From NCBI RefSeq assembly GCF_963921235.1, contig NC_086108.1:91514001-91578000 (forward strand): a stretch of DNA of 64,000 nt, read 5' to 3'. Source of the DNA: Mobula hypostoma (Eukaryota). The notes under the pieces were generated by a model, which worked only from the letters and a program-made list of their open reading frames with translations, did no database searches and was not told where the DNA came from. The position numbers and the translations under genes are program-made. Below, piece by piece: positions 38,909 through 51,189 of this stretch (its first letter is position 1; every line of letters begins with the position of its first letter).

Positions 38909-41112
38909 CTATTGGGGGGGGGGGGTGCAGGTCTGCCACCTTCATTGCCCTGCTGGTGAAGATGGGACACTTCCTATCTCAGCAGCTCTCTGAACTCTGT
39001 CTTGACAGTAGGAGAAACAGTTTCAAGTGGGGGAGGGGCAGAGGGCGAGTTAGTGCCGGTGTGGGCTGGCTGCATGGTCTGGAGGTTGGGGGCGCCCCCT
39101 GTGTCGGGCTTGATCCCAGGGTGGGCGTTGTTTTTTCCCTGGCCTGTTTTCCCCCCACAAAGCTCCTCCCACAGGGTGTAGAGGTCAGGGTTGGGGATCC
39201 CATCTATGCTGTTGCTATCCACCCCTGCGTGCACCAGGCCCAGGTACTGCTCTCTGCACGTAAAGAGGGGAGGGATTGTGTTTCCAGCCCTCGCCTCTGC
39301 CCTACGGACCTGGGGGAGTGCCCCCCACTGCATATATTCAAGACCTTCCAGGAGGGTGATGGCATCCCACATGATCTTCCCGTTAGCTGGTGCCATGAGG
39401 GGCAGGGTCACTGACTTTAAATCAGGGGGGGCGGAGATGACCAGGTATCCTGTTAGGGCACCGGTCACCCGGGTATTTTCCAAAAAAATACAGTTGCTGG
39501 CTCCCTGGTAGATGCTGTTGACCAGTGCCCACTCTCTAACAACCCAGGTGCCCTCACTAACCGTACCCCATTGTAGGCATCCATGTAGATCCCACTCCAG
39601 GTGGGTAAGGTATCGGACCCTCACAGCGATCACTACTAGGCTTGCCAACTGTCCCATATTGGCCGGGACATCCCGTATATTGGGCTAAATTGGTTTGCCC
39701 CATACGGGACCGCCCTTGTCCCGTATTTTCCCCGCTAAGGTAGAGCGTTCCTATGAAACATTGTGTGCCGAATAGGTGTAAAGCGAAGAAGCAATTACCA
39801 TTAATTTATATGGGAAAAATTTTTCAGCATTCCCAGACCCCAAAAAATAACCTACCAAATCGTACCAAATAACACATAAAACCTAAAAATAACACTAACA
39901 TATAGTAAAAGCAGGAATGATATAATAAACAGCCTACATAAAGTAGAAGAAATGTATGTACAGTGTCATTTCACTGAACAGAATTGCCAAAACCTATTTG
40001 TACAAAAAAATTGGCACGTACACGCATGGACCCGTCATGTATGTACACACAGGTACCCAGGCAAGGCTTCAAGGTCATGGTAGTCCTTCCTGGGGTAAAC
40101 ACAAGCGTCCCGTATTTGACTGCTACTTTTGTCCCTTATTTGGGAGTGAGAAAGTTGGCAACCCTAGTCATCACCCGATCCCACAGGGAAGTGCCTTCCC
40201 GGATTTCTGGCTGTGGTGCCCGTAGGGCATTGTTGATGCTTTGTTGGTCAGAGAGGCTCCTCAGCGCGCTCGCCTCTTGATGAGAGAGGCTCAAGTTGGG
40301 GGCCCCCTCATCCCACAGCCGGAGCAGCCACGCGGCCAGGTGCTCGCCCGGCCGTTGGCGGTACTGATCCGCCAGCTGGGTCAGCTCCTTTGGGGAGCAA
40401 TCCCGGGTTTCAGAGGGACAACCGGCATGCCTCTCTGCGGCTTAGTCATCCTCATTCCCCCCCCTCTCTGCGGTGGACCTGGGACCGCGTGGTGACGGGT
40501 CGAGCGTGCAGGGCTTCGGGTGGATAGGGGGAGGGCGGTGTGGGACCTAGGCTCCTCGGGCACCCCCTCCTCGTTTAGCCATATATACCCATACCCCAGC
40601 CACGCATCCAGCTTGTCACCACGCTGGACCAGGGCTCGAATTTTTAGTGGGTGCGGCTGCCAGCCAGACCGGCGGGCTGCCCACGCCTGCTGCAGCTCTA
40701 TTAACCTGTAGGCGACTTCAGTCCCTCTGACCGAGATTGTTGGCTCGAGTCTGGGCAGCTTGTACTGCCTCCTGCAACGTGGAGCAGCGGTGCCAGAGCC
40801 CTTCTAACTCTGGTTGCATAACAGCTGGATCTGGCCAGAAACCCTAACCTGGCGTCTCAGGAGGGATGCCAGCAGCCAAAAGGCACCCCTTTGATTCCCT
40901 TTGGCTTTGGGGAACCCCGACTTCTTAAGGAGGGAGACCACGTGGTGCCCTAGTTTCTCGCCACGTGGGTCCAACTGCTCAGACCAGTCCACCAGTTCAC
41001 CATGGTCCGCCAGCAGGCTGGCCAAGCGCTCAAATCCCTCTATCTCGTCGGTCCACCCAGGAATCCTATCCTCGGTGCCTGCACTGGCTTTTTTGCCCTT
41101 GTTCCAGAACAT
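38909..41112 (-). pseudogene. ERV gag, decayed and interrupted by a hAT MITE
   Basis: Starts MFWNKGKK about 35 nt after the PBS. C-terminal LVHAGVDSNSIDGIPNPDLYTLW resembles class III Gag. No CCHC knuckle seen. The TAG at 38911-38909 directly precedes the protease frame. Confidence 0.75.
39637..40166. mobile_element. Non-autonomous hAT (Ac-type) element inserted in ERV gag, carrying a Tigger terminal segment
   Basis: TIRs TAGGCTTGCCAACT / AGTTGGCAACCCTA; subterminal TCCCGTA-like repeats; degenerate 8-bp flanks ATCACTAC / GTCATCAC. Confidence 0.8.
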
Positions 41113-41146
41113 TTTTCCACGCATGTGTCCAGCCAAGACCCCTGAG

Positions 41147-41165
41147 ACCCTGCTGAGCAGCGCCA
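41147..41165 (-). promoter_or_regulatory. ERV primer binding site, tRNA-Ser-like
   Basis: TGGCGCTGCTCAGCAGGGT, 2 nt after the LTR; an imperfect match to the tRNA-Ser complements TGGCGCAGCGAGCAGGGT and TGGCGCTGTGAGCAGGAT. Confidence 0.7.
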
Positions 41166-41167
41166 AT

Positions 41168-41361
41168 TGTTGTAAGTGAGGAAACAGATTCGATAAGTCT
41201 CACGAACAAGGACACTGGACACGCAGCCTTGGTAGTAATGGATTTTTTTTTACAGAAGGCAAATATGGGAAAATGGCAACAGAAGCAACGCGCACACAAT
41301 TTACAGTAGTTGAATCAGCAATAAAACACGCAAACAATTAATAAAATTGTGTGGGAACAAA

Positions 41362-41409
<48 letters not shown>

Positions 41410-41817
41410 CCAAGGGAAAAGTCAATACGATACTCGACACCCCTGACTCTTCTGCTTAGGGACAATACCCACACCCCTAACCCTATTCAATGCACAACTC
41501 ACCAACAGCAGTGTGGTCCCTCGGAGGTAGCAAAAAAGAGAGCGGGTCAAGCACACGAGGCTTCCTTTATAGTGCAGCAGGGCTGATGAGTCCAGCCCAG
41601 GTGATTCACAGGGAAACCAATGGCTCGGTGCCAGCAGGGTTAATCTGATTACAAAGGCCAATTGCCCGAGGTCAAATACAAGGCTAATTAAAGGGGCCAA
41701 TGGTTAGGTGCGGATTGATGGGTGAGGAGGGGTCAAATATTGATCGGCAGGTGGCGTGTCTTTCGACCAGGTAAATGGGCAGTGCTGTCACATGACAGTC
41801 ACGACCCCTCCAATACA
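41168..41817 (-). repeat. ERV 5' LTR (650 bp): TATAAA at 41571-41566, splice-donor-like TTG|GTGAGT at 41503/41502, (TG)n tract
   Basis: 41168-41347 matches 35670-35856 at roughly 90% by eye; starts TGTATTGG next to the TSD and ends ACAACA next to the PBS. Confidence 0.88.
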
Positions 41818-43069
41818 GGAGCCAATGCGACTCATTGAGTGCAGGGAGGGGGAAGGTGGGCAGTCAAACAAAACGGAGCAAATCAGGACATGGGCTCTGT
41901 TTAGAATGATCTCGGGTTGTCAAGAGACCAAAATAAGAAATTACGTAAGAGTGCACTGGGAAACTCCAAGGATGAAACAAATATCATGAATTTCTGCAGA
42001 CACAAGTAGATGCAATCGAATGACATTATAGAAATCAGAAACCTTAAGTGACACAAACATGCAGTCCATGGCTCACCTTGAGATCAAGTATTCTGTGACT
42101 TAATACAGAAGCTGGTTTGGCTTCTGGCAGAAAGAATGGGATGTTCAAAGTGTCTCAAAAGTTGGCTTAGTACTCCTAACTGTTAGCCAAAGGGAACTCA
42201 GCAGCAGATGTCAAACAAAGAATCTGGTACATTTTATTTTTTTTTAAAAGGCCTAACCAATTTATTACTGTAATAGACTGCAGCAACAAGATATCAGGTA
42301 AAAAGACACTGCCTGGACAAGTTAAACAACCACCCAGATGTCCAAAGCTCGATGACACAATGACAAACAATTAATCTGACAAAATACAGAGCAGTCAGCT
42401 CCTACCACAATGGTAACTCAGCTTCTATGTGTAGTCATTCTATATCTGGATCAGACCTCATATATGTACAAGAAAATATCAACACTTTTGTTTCACTGAC
42501 AAATAAATCCCAATCAACAGCCTGAAGATACCAATTAAGCTCTATGGCAATATACAAAAGAAATCAAAGGAAATCCAAAAATGAAGCATGAAAACAACAA
42601 GCAACAGACAAAGGTAATTTAGTACCAATACTGTCAGTTATATTTTCATTATTTTGTCAAAGGTCTTGTTCAATCACAGTACAATTAGTGATGCTGTCCA
42701 CATGCTTTCAGCAGAACAAGTTTTTAGAAGCTGCTTCCCATATAAGAATGGATAAGGACTTCCAGTTCAAAAGTTCAGGTTTGTTAACGTGGGAGAAATA
42801 TTCAGGATTGAAGCAATTGCAGGAAACATTTGTACCAATTAGTTTGACAGCCTGTATTCCACTATTTTTATTATAGCCCACATGGCTCAAATTTATCTCT
42901 ACACTTCGTACCCGTATCAAATGCATTCGGTTTGGAACAAACAATAAAAGAACAACCTTAGGTTTCAAAGTAAATGATAGCAAGCCACAAATACAATCCA
43001 TTTAGTACGGAAAAAGTGAGAGATGAATAAGAGCTGAACCAAAAATATTGAGTATAAAATTATGGTTTC

Positions 43070-43149
43070 ATATTAAAAAAGTCACCCACTATCCTTCAAG
43101 GAAAGAAGGATATATTAAAAAAGTCACCTACTATCCTTCAAGGAAAGAA
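43070..43149. repeat. Tandem duplication, period 42 bp
   Basis: ATATTAAAAAAGTCACC(C/T)ACTATCCTTCAAGGAAAGAA occurs twice. Confidence 0.9.
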
Positions 43150-43399
43150 TCTCTAGCCATGTGCGACACCAGATCACCAACATGCCTTGTTAATTAACCT
43201 ACCAATTGGGGATGGCAATAAATGCCAGCCTTATAAGACATATCCACATACAGGAAGCAAATAAAATTTCTGTTTGTAGCAAATAACCACTGCCCATCTC
43301 ATAAAGTTTTGAATACACAGATCTTCCACTCCCAAGTATTGTGACGGAGCTGTAGCCTCTGTGACACCGTTTCACTCTTCTATTTCCAGTATCATTCCC

Positions 43400-43700
43400 T
43401 ATGTAATAGCTATCTTTTCACCTTTTCCCACCATCGAGTCCCAAAGAACCTTTCCAGCTTACAAAGAAATTCAGTCACATTTCTTCCAAAATGGTAGGTT
43501 ACACCTAGCACTTAAAATTAGTACAAATTGAGTGATCATTGTGCAAGAATGACCTTGAGCATCTGGTTACATGCAATTTTAATTCTCCACTTCCACTCTG
43601 AGCACCAACTTTGGCCCAAATTGGGAATACATCGCCTTCCATCTGGGCACTTCACATCCCTCAAAACTTAACATTGAATTTAACAATTTTAGGTAATTTT
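43400..43700 (+). mobile_element. Old Penelope GIY-YIG C-terminal remnant
   Basis: cttccatctgggcacttcacatccc...aacattgaatttaacaattttaggtaa parallels 60790-60856. Confidence 0.5.
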
Positions 43701-44056
43701 TCCCCTCTTCACTGATGGGCTTGTACCCTTCTGTTTCGCTTTGTATCTGATCTGCCTCTGTTAACTTTCTTTTAAATAGTTATCTCCTCAAAATCTTGTA
43801 AATCTCATAAAATCTTATTATCCGTTTGAATACAGGTCTCCTCAATTAATGAAAAGATTATGTTCCTAAAGAATCCTCTCTATGCAAAATAAGTCTGAGA
43901 ATTTCCTATAGAAAAACTTGTCAGTTAAGAGTTTTAGTCAACAGCAGTCAAAAATACAAAATATTAAGATATAGGTTTTAATTACATAAGCATACTCTTA
44001 GGATGCATGGGAGTTGCAAAGGTTTCTGCAGTTTGGTGAGAGCTGGCCAGACTTTA

Positions 44057-45597
44057 CAGTACTGAGCAAAAATCTTAAGACACATGTAAAAGAAATTCTG
44101 TAAAGTAAAAATGCTTTCAAAAATAATGAAGTGAAAAGTTTCTAAATATCAAAAAATTTACTATAAAGAATAGTAAAAAATTCAAAATCCATATATGGTC
44201 TGACTATTCTTTGCCTTTAAAACTGCAGCAATTCCTTAGATACACTGTCTTGCAGTTCTATAAGAAAATCAGCTGGTAGGTTGGCCAAGTATCTTGGAGA
44301 ACTTGACACAGCTCTTCTGCAGACCTTGGTTGTCTAGTTTGCTTCTGTCTCTCCAGGTAGCCCCAGACAGCTTTGATGTTGTTGAGACCAAAGCCCTGTG
44401 GAGGCCATGCCATCTGGTGCAGGACTCCTTGTTCTTCTTTCTGCTGAAGATAGTTCTTTATGACCTTAGCTGTGTGCTTGGGGCCATTGTCCTGCTACAG
44501 AATGAAGTTGGCACCAGCCAGACGCCTTTCTGATGGTATTGCGTGATGGTTGAGAATCTGCTTGTACTTCTCAACATTGAGGATTCCATTATTTCTGACC
44601 AAACCACTAACTCAGAAATGCGGCCCCAAACCTGCATGGAACCTCTGCTATGCTTCACTGTTGACTGCAGACACTCATCTAAGGTGACAAACTGCTACCT
44701 GTTTGAGCTAAAAATTTCAAATTTTGACTCTTCAGTCCAGAACACTTCTGTCATTGTTCAGCACTCCAGTCTTTGTGTTTTTGTGTGTAGTTAAGACCCT
44801 AGGTTTTATTTCCACTTCAGAGCAATGGCTTTTTGGCGACAACTCTTCCATGAAGACATTTCTGACAAGACTTCCCCAGATTGTAGAGTAGTGTACTTGT
44901 GTTCCTGTGGTTTCTGAGTTCAGAGCTGAGAGCAATGCCAGACTTCTTGCAATTTGGAAAGGCCATCAGTTTTGATTTCTCTCTTGTCTATTGAACTTAG
45001 TTTCTGTGCTGACCCCTGCATTTCTGAACCTCAACCGTGCCAGTTGCTTTGTGCTTCTTCACAAGAGCTTAGACATCACATCTTGAAACTCTTGTCTGTC
45101 GCAAAATTTCTGCTTGGGAGACACTTTGCTGATGGAGGATGACTACCTTGTGTCTTGCTAATATGCTCACTCTTGCCATGGTATAAGAATTGATTATTTC
45201 AAGGTTAAACTGTCACATCTGTCATACCCTCACCAAGTTTGATTGTCCTTCACCCAGTTTGATTCCTTCTACACCCATTTCTGTTTCAGTTAATCGGTTT
45301 AGCTCATTCAGCTCATGTTCATTAGCAGCTTTTTGTTATCTTAGTTTAATCATGCACTGGGCTATATGCCTAAAAAGTAATCAAGTTTTATTTGAAAGCT
45401 GGTCTATTACTTAGTATGTCACTTTCTTTAATGAAGTACAAAAGTTCTATGGAACATTTTAGTTCTTTAGAAAACTAGTGTTTGGAAATCTAAAATTTAC
45501 TCTTTTCTACTAACACTAATGCAGTAGACAAAAAAGAACATTTAAAACAAAATTTATATAAAAAATTCAGAATGCCTAAAACTTTTGTACAGTACTG
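44057..45597 (-). mobile_element. Tc1-family DNA transposon, both ends present, decayed transposase
   Basis: TA|CAGTACTGAGCAAAAATCTTAAG ... CCTAAAACTTTTGTACAGTACTG|TA; minus-strand remnants KHSRGSMQVWG, QDNGPKHT, DESKFE. Confidence 0.87.
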
Positions 45598-46339
45598 TAT
45601 AATGTTGTAGAAGAGACAAGCAGACCAGTTGAACAACATGGTAGTTGATTCTGGTTTGGACTTGTAGGATAGTGAGGTGATAATGACTTCACTAGAGGCG
45701 AAGCATTTAAGGAAAGTATCGAGAGGGTTACAATAATTTTGTCAGCTTTTTGGCATTTGACTCAATGCCATGGACAACACTGATGCTTCACTCTATTTGT
45801 GAACGTTATGCAAAAAAAAGTAGAATCAGAACTAGGTCACCAGGCTGCTCAACACCACCCATCTTTTAGTATGACCATGACCGATGTGCCCTACGCCTCA
45901 ATCCCTCTTCTGAGCCAGTTCCTCACAACCCCCAATTCCATGATTTTTCAAAAAAATTATCTACCTCCTCTTTAACTACATTTAATATTCTAGTTTCCAC
46001 AGTCATTTAGGCGAGAGAATTCAATACAGTAAATCAAGGTACATTCTAGTAGCCTCTTCCAATAGGTCTCATCTCTTCAAAATTAAACACTTGTTCAGAC
46101 AAGTAAATGCCATCCTTTACATCCTCTGCAACTCCTTGTACTACTACTGGTAGCAGTAATACCTGCAATGGCAACTTCTTCAGCATCAAAACTTATTGCA
46201 AATTATTATCTGCAAAATCGAGCCAGCTCCAATCAATGGCAAATATTTCAGCTGGCAACTTTTGTCTAATGGATGTGGATGCTCAGTCTTAGCAATGTGC
46301 AGCTTATTTAGGTCTTCCCATATGGTGCTTAACAGGGGG

Positions 46340-47565
46340 CAACATAGAACACAGCACTGCAGAGGAACAGGCCCTTCAGCTCATTAACATCTATACCTAA
46401 CATAATGCCAATTTAAACTGCACATCTGCCTGCATATGGGCTATATCCCTCAATTCTCTGCTCGCTCAGGAGTCTGTCTAAATGCCTCATAAATGTTGCT
46501 ATCACATTTGTTTCCACCACTTCCGAGGCAGCCTGCTCCAGGCACCTATCACTCAGTGCAAAAAAACTTGCCATGTAAATCCCTTTAAAATACTGTATTC
46601 TCCTTCTAATCTTAAAGCTATACCCTCTAGCATTTTAGATTTCCACCCTGAGGGAAAAGAAAGTGCTGATCATCTACCCTACTCATGCCTCTAATCATTT
46701 TATATAATTCTATCGGGTCAACTTCAGCCTCCGATGTCTCAGAGAATACGATTCAAATTTGCTCAGCACACGTAAGAAATACTCTATAACCTAGACAACA
46801 TCCTAGTGAACCTTTTCTGCATGGTTTACAAAGCCTCTATGTCCGTCCTGTAATGTGGCAACCAAAACTGCACATAGTACTCCAAATATAGTACTGTATT
46901 ATAGTACTGTAAATATGGCCTACCTGTAGTCTTAGGCAACTACCCAACTTCAACATCCTAACCAAAGAAACCAAGCATGTTAGTTGGCCTCTTTACCACC
47001 TAACCATATGAGTTGCACTTTCAGGAGCAATACACTTGCACCTCAAGACTACTCTGTATATCAATGCTTTTAAGGGACCTGTCACTTACCAAATTGTTTA
47101 CTTAAATTTGACTTCCCAAAGTGCAACACTTCACACTTGTCTAGATTAAACTCGTTAGGTCATTTCCACATTTTCAATTGGTCTATCTCCTGCTTCATCT
47201 TTTGACAACCCACCTCACTACCTGCAACCTTACTGTTTTTCTGTCATCTCCAAACCTAATGAGCCACCTTACATTTTCACCCAAAACATACATATACATA
47301 TATCAAAAAAAAGTAAGGTCATAGCACCAGTTCTTGTGGAACACTGCTGTTCACCAAACTCCAGTCAGAACAACACCTCACCCGTCTTTTACTGTCAGGT
47401 CAATTTTGAAACCAACGTCACAAGAATCTATGGATCTCATACTACCTTAATCTTCTGGATCATGAGGGGAGATGGGAAAGATGGGCAAAAAGGGCCTGCA
47501 GATCATCCTAGCTACCTCCTCAAAGAAAAACTCAAATAAGTTTGTAAGACATGACCTTCCCTGCA
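46340..47565 (-). mobile_element. Old CR1 LINE 3' fragment
   Basis: aacatagaacacagcac tail and degenerate ORF2 sequence similar to 17018-18100. Confidence 0.7.
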
Positions 47566-48094
47566 CTTCAGCCTCTGATGTCCCAGAGAATACGATTCAA
47601 ATTTGCTCAGCACACCCTATAAGAAATACTATAAGAAGGCTGATCCGATTCCTAAATGGACATTGAGCCCTTGAACACTATCTCACTTTTTTAATATATA
47701 TTATTTGTTTTTTGCATTATTTTTAATCTATTCAATATATGTATACTGTAATTGATATACTTGTTTATTATTATTATTTTATTATCTTCTATATTATGTA
47801 TTGTATTGAACTGCTGCTGCTAAGTTAACAAATTTCATGACACATGCCGGTGATAATAAACCTGATTCTGATTCTGAATAAGTCTCTGTGAACAGTGAAC
47901 ATTTTCATCCTTTAATCATACATTCAATATCACCCTCAAGTCTCTTAACATGTTACAGGAAGAACCTCCTATCACTGAAGTTTATGCAACCTCCTTGATT
48001 CACTCTATTTTCTAATCTATGAGTAATGGTTGACTGCAATAACCAATGCCCTCTCTCGCCTTTTCTTCCTTCTTACACCAAGCTTCGTCTTTAG

Positions 48095-48990
48095 TGTTAA
48101 GGCTCATTCCTTTCCCAACATGGATGTTGAGGTATACGCAAGGCAGTGGACAGTGAGGAAGGCTATCGTAGTCTGCAGAGGGATTTGCTTCAGATGGAAT
48201 TTAATGCAGACTAGTGTGAAGTTTTGCTCTTGGTAGGACCAACCAGGGTAGGTCTTACACAGTGGTCGGTAGGGCACTGAAGAGAGTGGTAGCACAAAGG
48301 GATCTGGGAATACAGGTCCATAATTCATTGCAAGTGGTATCACAGGTAGATAGGGTCATAAAGAGAGCTTTTGGCACATTGCCTTCATTAATCAATGTAT
48401 GGAGTACAGGAGATGGAACGTTATGTTGAAGTTGTATAAGACGTTGGTGAGGCCTAATTTGGGGTATTGTGTGCAGTTCTGGTCGCCTACCTACAGGAAA
48501 GATGTAAACAAAGTTGAAAGAGTACAGAGAAAATTCACAAGGATGTTACTGGGTCTGGGGGATCTAACTTATAAGGCAAGGTTCAATAGGTTAGAACCGT
48601 ACTCTTTAGAACTCAAAAGATTGAGAGGGGATTTGATAGAGGTATAAAATATTATTAGGGGCTTAGATAAGGTAAATGCAAGCAAACTATTTCCACTGAG
48701 GTTGGTTGGGACTACAACAGGAGGTCATGTCTTGAGGGTGAAACGTGAGAAGTTTGAGGAGAACTTCTTCACTCCGAGGGTCGTGAGAGTATGGACTGAG
48801 CTGCAGCATAAGTGATGCATGTGAGCTCAATTTCAACATTTAAAGTAGCTTCGATAGGTACATGGATAGTGGGAAAATGAAGGGCAATGGCCCCAGTGCA
48901 GTTCGATGGGAGTAGGCTGTTTAAATGGTTTTGGCATGGACTAGATGGGCTGAAGGGCCTGTTTCTGTGTTGTACTTCGCTGTGATTCTA
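48095..48990 (+). mobile_element. CR1 LINE 3' fragment
   Basis: MLKLYKTLVRPNLGYCVQFWSP...ERVQRKFTRML...RLRGDLIEV. Confidence 0.85.
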
Positions 48991-49019
48991 TTTAGTATTA
49001 GCAGTATCATTAGTATTTG

Positions 49020-50435
49020 ATCAAGTGTAGTAGTGATGTCGTGGACTGCATCCTGATGACAGAAGAGGAGGTGCTACGTGACTTGAGGCAAATTAAGGTG
49101 GATAGTGTTAAACAAGCTGTCCCCAGTGTTAAACAAGCTGTCCCCAGTGTTAAACCAGCTGTCCCATGGACCTTATGGGAGGCTCATACAGAAAATGCAA
49201 AGGCCCTGCCAGAGATATTTAAAATGTTCTTAGCCCCAGGTGAGGTGCTTCAGCTGGAAGTTAGCCAATATTATTGTTCAAAAAAAAAGGCTCTAAGAAT
49301 TAGCAGGGAAATTATAGAGTGGTGCGCCTGAATTTAGTCATGGATAAATTACTACAATGTATTCTAAGTACCTGGATAGATAGGGCCTGATTAGAGATAG
49401 TCAACATAGCTTTTAGTGTGGTAGGTCACATCAAACCAAGCTTACAGTTTTTCATGAAGGTTACCATGAAGGCTGATAAAGGACAAACAGTAGACGTTGT
49501 TTGCATGGACTTTTACAAGGCCTTTGACAAAGTCCCACAAGGAAGCTTGTCCAGAAGGTTAAATCACTTGGCAGTCAAGATGAAATAATCAATATTGGCT
49601 TAGCAGAAGCCAGACAGTGGGAGCAGATGAGTGTTTCTCTGACTGGAAGCCTGTGACAAGTGATGTGCTTGAGTCCATTGTTGTTTATTTTGAATTAGAT
49701 AATAATTTAGGAGACGAGATTAGCAAATTTGCGATGACACCGCGATTGGCAGGTGCAGTGGACATTGAGGCAGGCTCTCAAAACTTGCAGCTGGAAAAAT
49801 GGGCTGAAAAATCACAGATGGAATTTAACGGGAAGACAAACCAAGGAAATACTTACACTTTGAATTGTAGGGTTCTGAGGTACCTGGTAACGTACAAATC
49901 CATAATTCTTTGAAAGTTGCATCAGAGGTAGATAGGGTCACAGAGTAAGGTTTTGTCATGATGACCTTCATAAAACATCTTACTAAATGTCAACAAGAGC
50001 AAGGAGCTGATTATTGACTTGAGGAGGAAACCAGAGATTCAAGATCCAGTCCTCATTGAGGGATCAGAGGTTGAGAGGGTCAGTAACTTTAAATTCCTCG
50101 ATAGGGTGCAGGCTTTTGACTCCCTCAGGTTGGGTGAGACTAGAACTAGAACTCAAAGGTTTAACATAAATGGTGAAATATTTAAGAGGAACCTTAGTGG
50201 AAGTTTCTTCACTCAGAGGGTGGTTCAAGGGTAGAATGAACTGCCAGCACAGGTCATAGATGCAGGTTCAAATGCAAGATTTAAGAAAACTTTGGATAGG
50301 GTACATGGATGAGAGGGGCTTGATGGGATACAGTCTGCGTGCAAGTTCATGGAACTAGGCAGAAGTTGAAGTCCACATGGACTCAATGGATTGAAAAGGC
50401 CCATTTTTAATGCTGTGGTACTCTATGACTCTATA
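49020..50435 (+). mobile_element. Old CR1 fragment with an embedded short Rex-like piece and a 3 x 21-bp tandem repeat (about 49104-49166)
   Basis: MDFYKAFDKVP-like DNA at 49505-49540; VERVSNFKFL at about 50070-50100; AGTGTTAAACAAGCTGTCCCC repeats. Confidence 0.65.
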
Positions 50436-51189
50436 ACCATTATTCTCACCATTTGTTGAAGCAGACATCTTCATTAAAGAGCAAATCAAATTAAATCGAA
50501 CACCTCATTATTACAAAAATATGTTAAGCAAATGTTCCTTAACGAGGGGAGACCTGTACTTCCCAATGATCTGCAGAGCCCCCTCATGTATTTTTGATTT
50601 TCATTAAAAGATTAAAATTGCTTTATAAAACACTAAAAATATTCAACTCAAATTATGGAAAAGGCTGCATTGTGCAATAGGTTTACTAACATCACTATAA
50701 AGGAGTTATTGATCTATTGCACATCAGTGTATACAAGAAAACTCATGCTATCTTTGAAAAGAACTAGGCTGTATAACAAATCAAGGCTGCACAGTTATGT
50801 ATCATCAGGACAATTTAAAAGGATAAATCCAAAAGCAAATATACTTGGATGCTGAAAATCAAGAATAGAAACAGAAAATACTGGAAACACTCAGCATGAG
50901 AAGCAACTTCTGTGGAGAAATGCAGTTAACATTTAGGTCAGTGATTTTCTCTCAGAAATGAGAACAGTTAGGAATCAATGTTTGTAAATTACAAAGAAAA
51001 GGACAAGGGTGATGGGGTACTTAGATAAGAAATAGGAAGATCTGTGATATACTGAAAGCCTGGAGATAAAAATTAAACATAATCATGTTTAATATCACTG
51101 GCATATGTCATAAATTTTATTGTTTAGCAGCAGCAGTAAATTACAATACATTGAATTTTTTAAAAACTAAATTACAATAAAAATATACC

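Larger units (their letters stand above)
35670..41817 (-). mobile_element. Class III (ERV-L/ERV-S-like) endogenous retrovirus; provirus with deletion from env into the 3' LTR
   Basis: 5-bp TSD GGAGC (35665-35669, 41818-41822); TG...CA ends; PR VYWGKGN...LIDTG; RT VDLANAFFSIP...QFAFTW...QGYVHSP...HYMDDILL; RNase H SSQLVEL...IYTNSW; IN WQIDYIG...VDTYSG...SDQGSHF...ERMNGLLK. Confidence 0.93.

Noticed and set aside
41580..41630. CTGATGA...GAAAC in the ERV LTR as a hammerhead
   Set aside because: Stem II cannot close next to GAAA, and the UH site is out of register.
47564..47634. About 65-bp duplicate of 46720-46788
   Set aside because: Both lie in or beside the same CR1 fragment; most simply a local rearrangement.
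49104..49166. 3 x 21-bp repeat (and the 42-bp repeat at 43070) as CRISPR-like arrays
   Set aside because: No spacers, eukaryotic context; simple local duplications.
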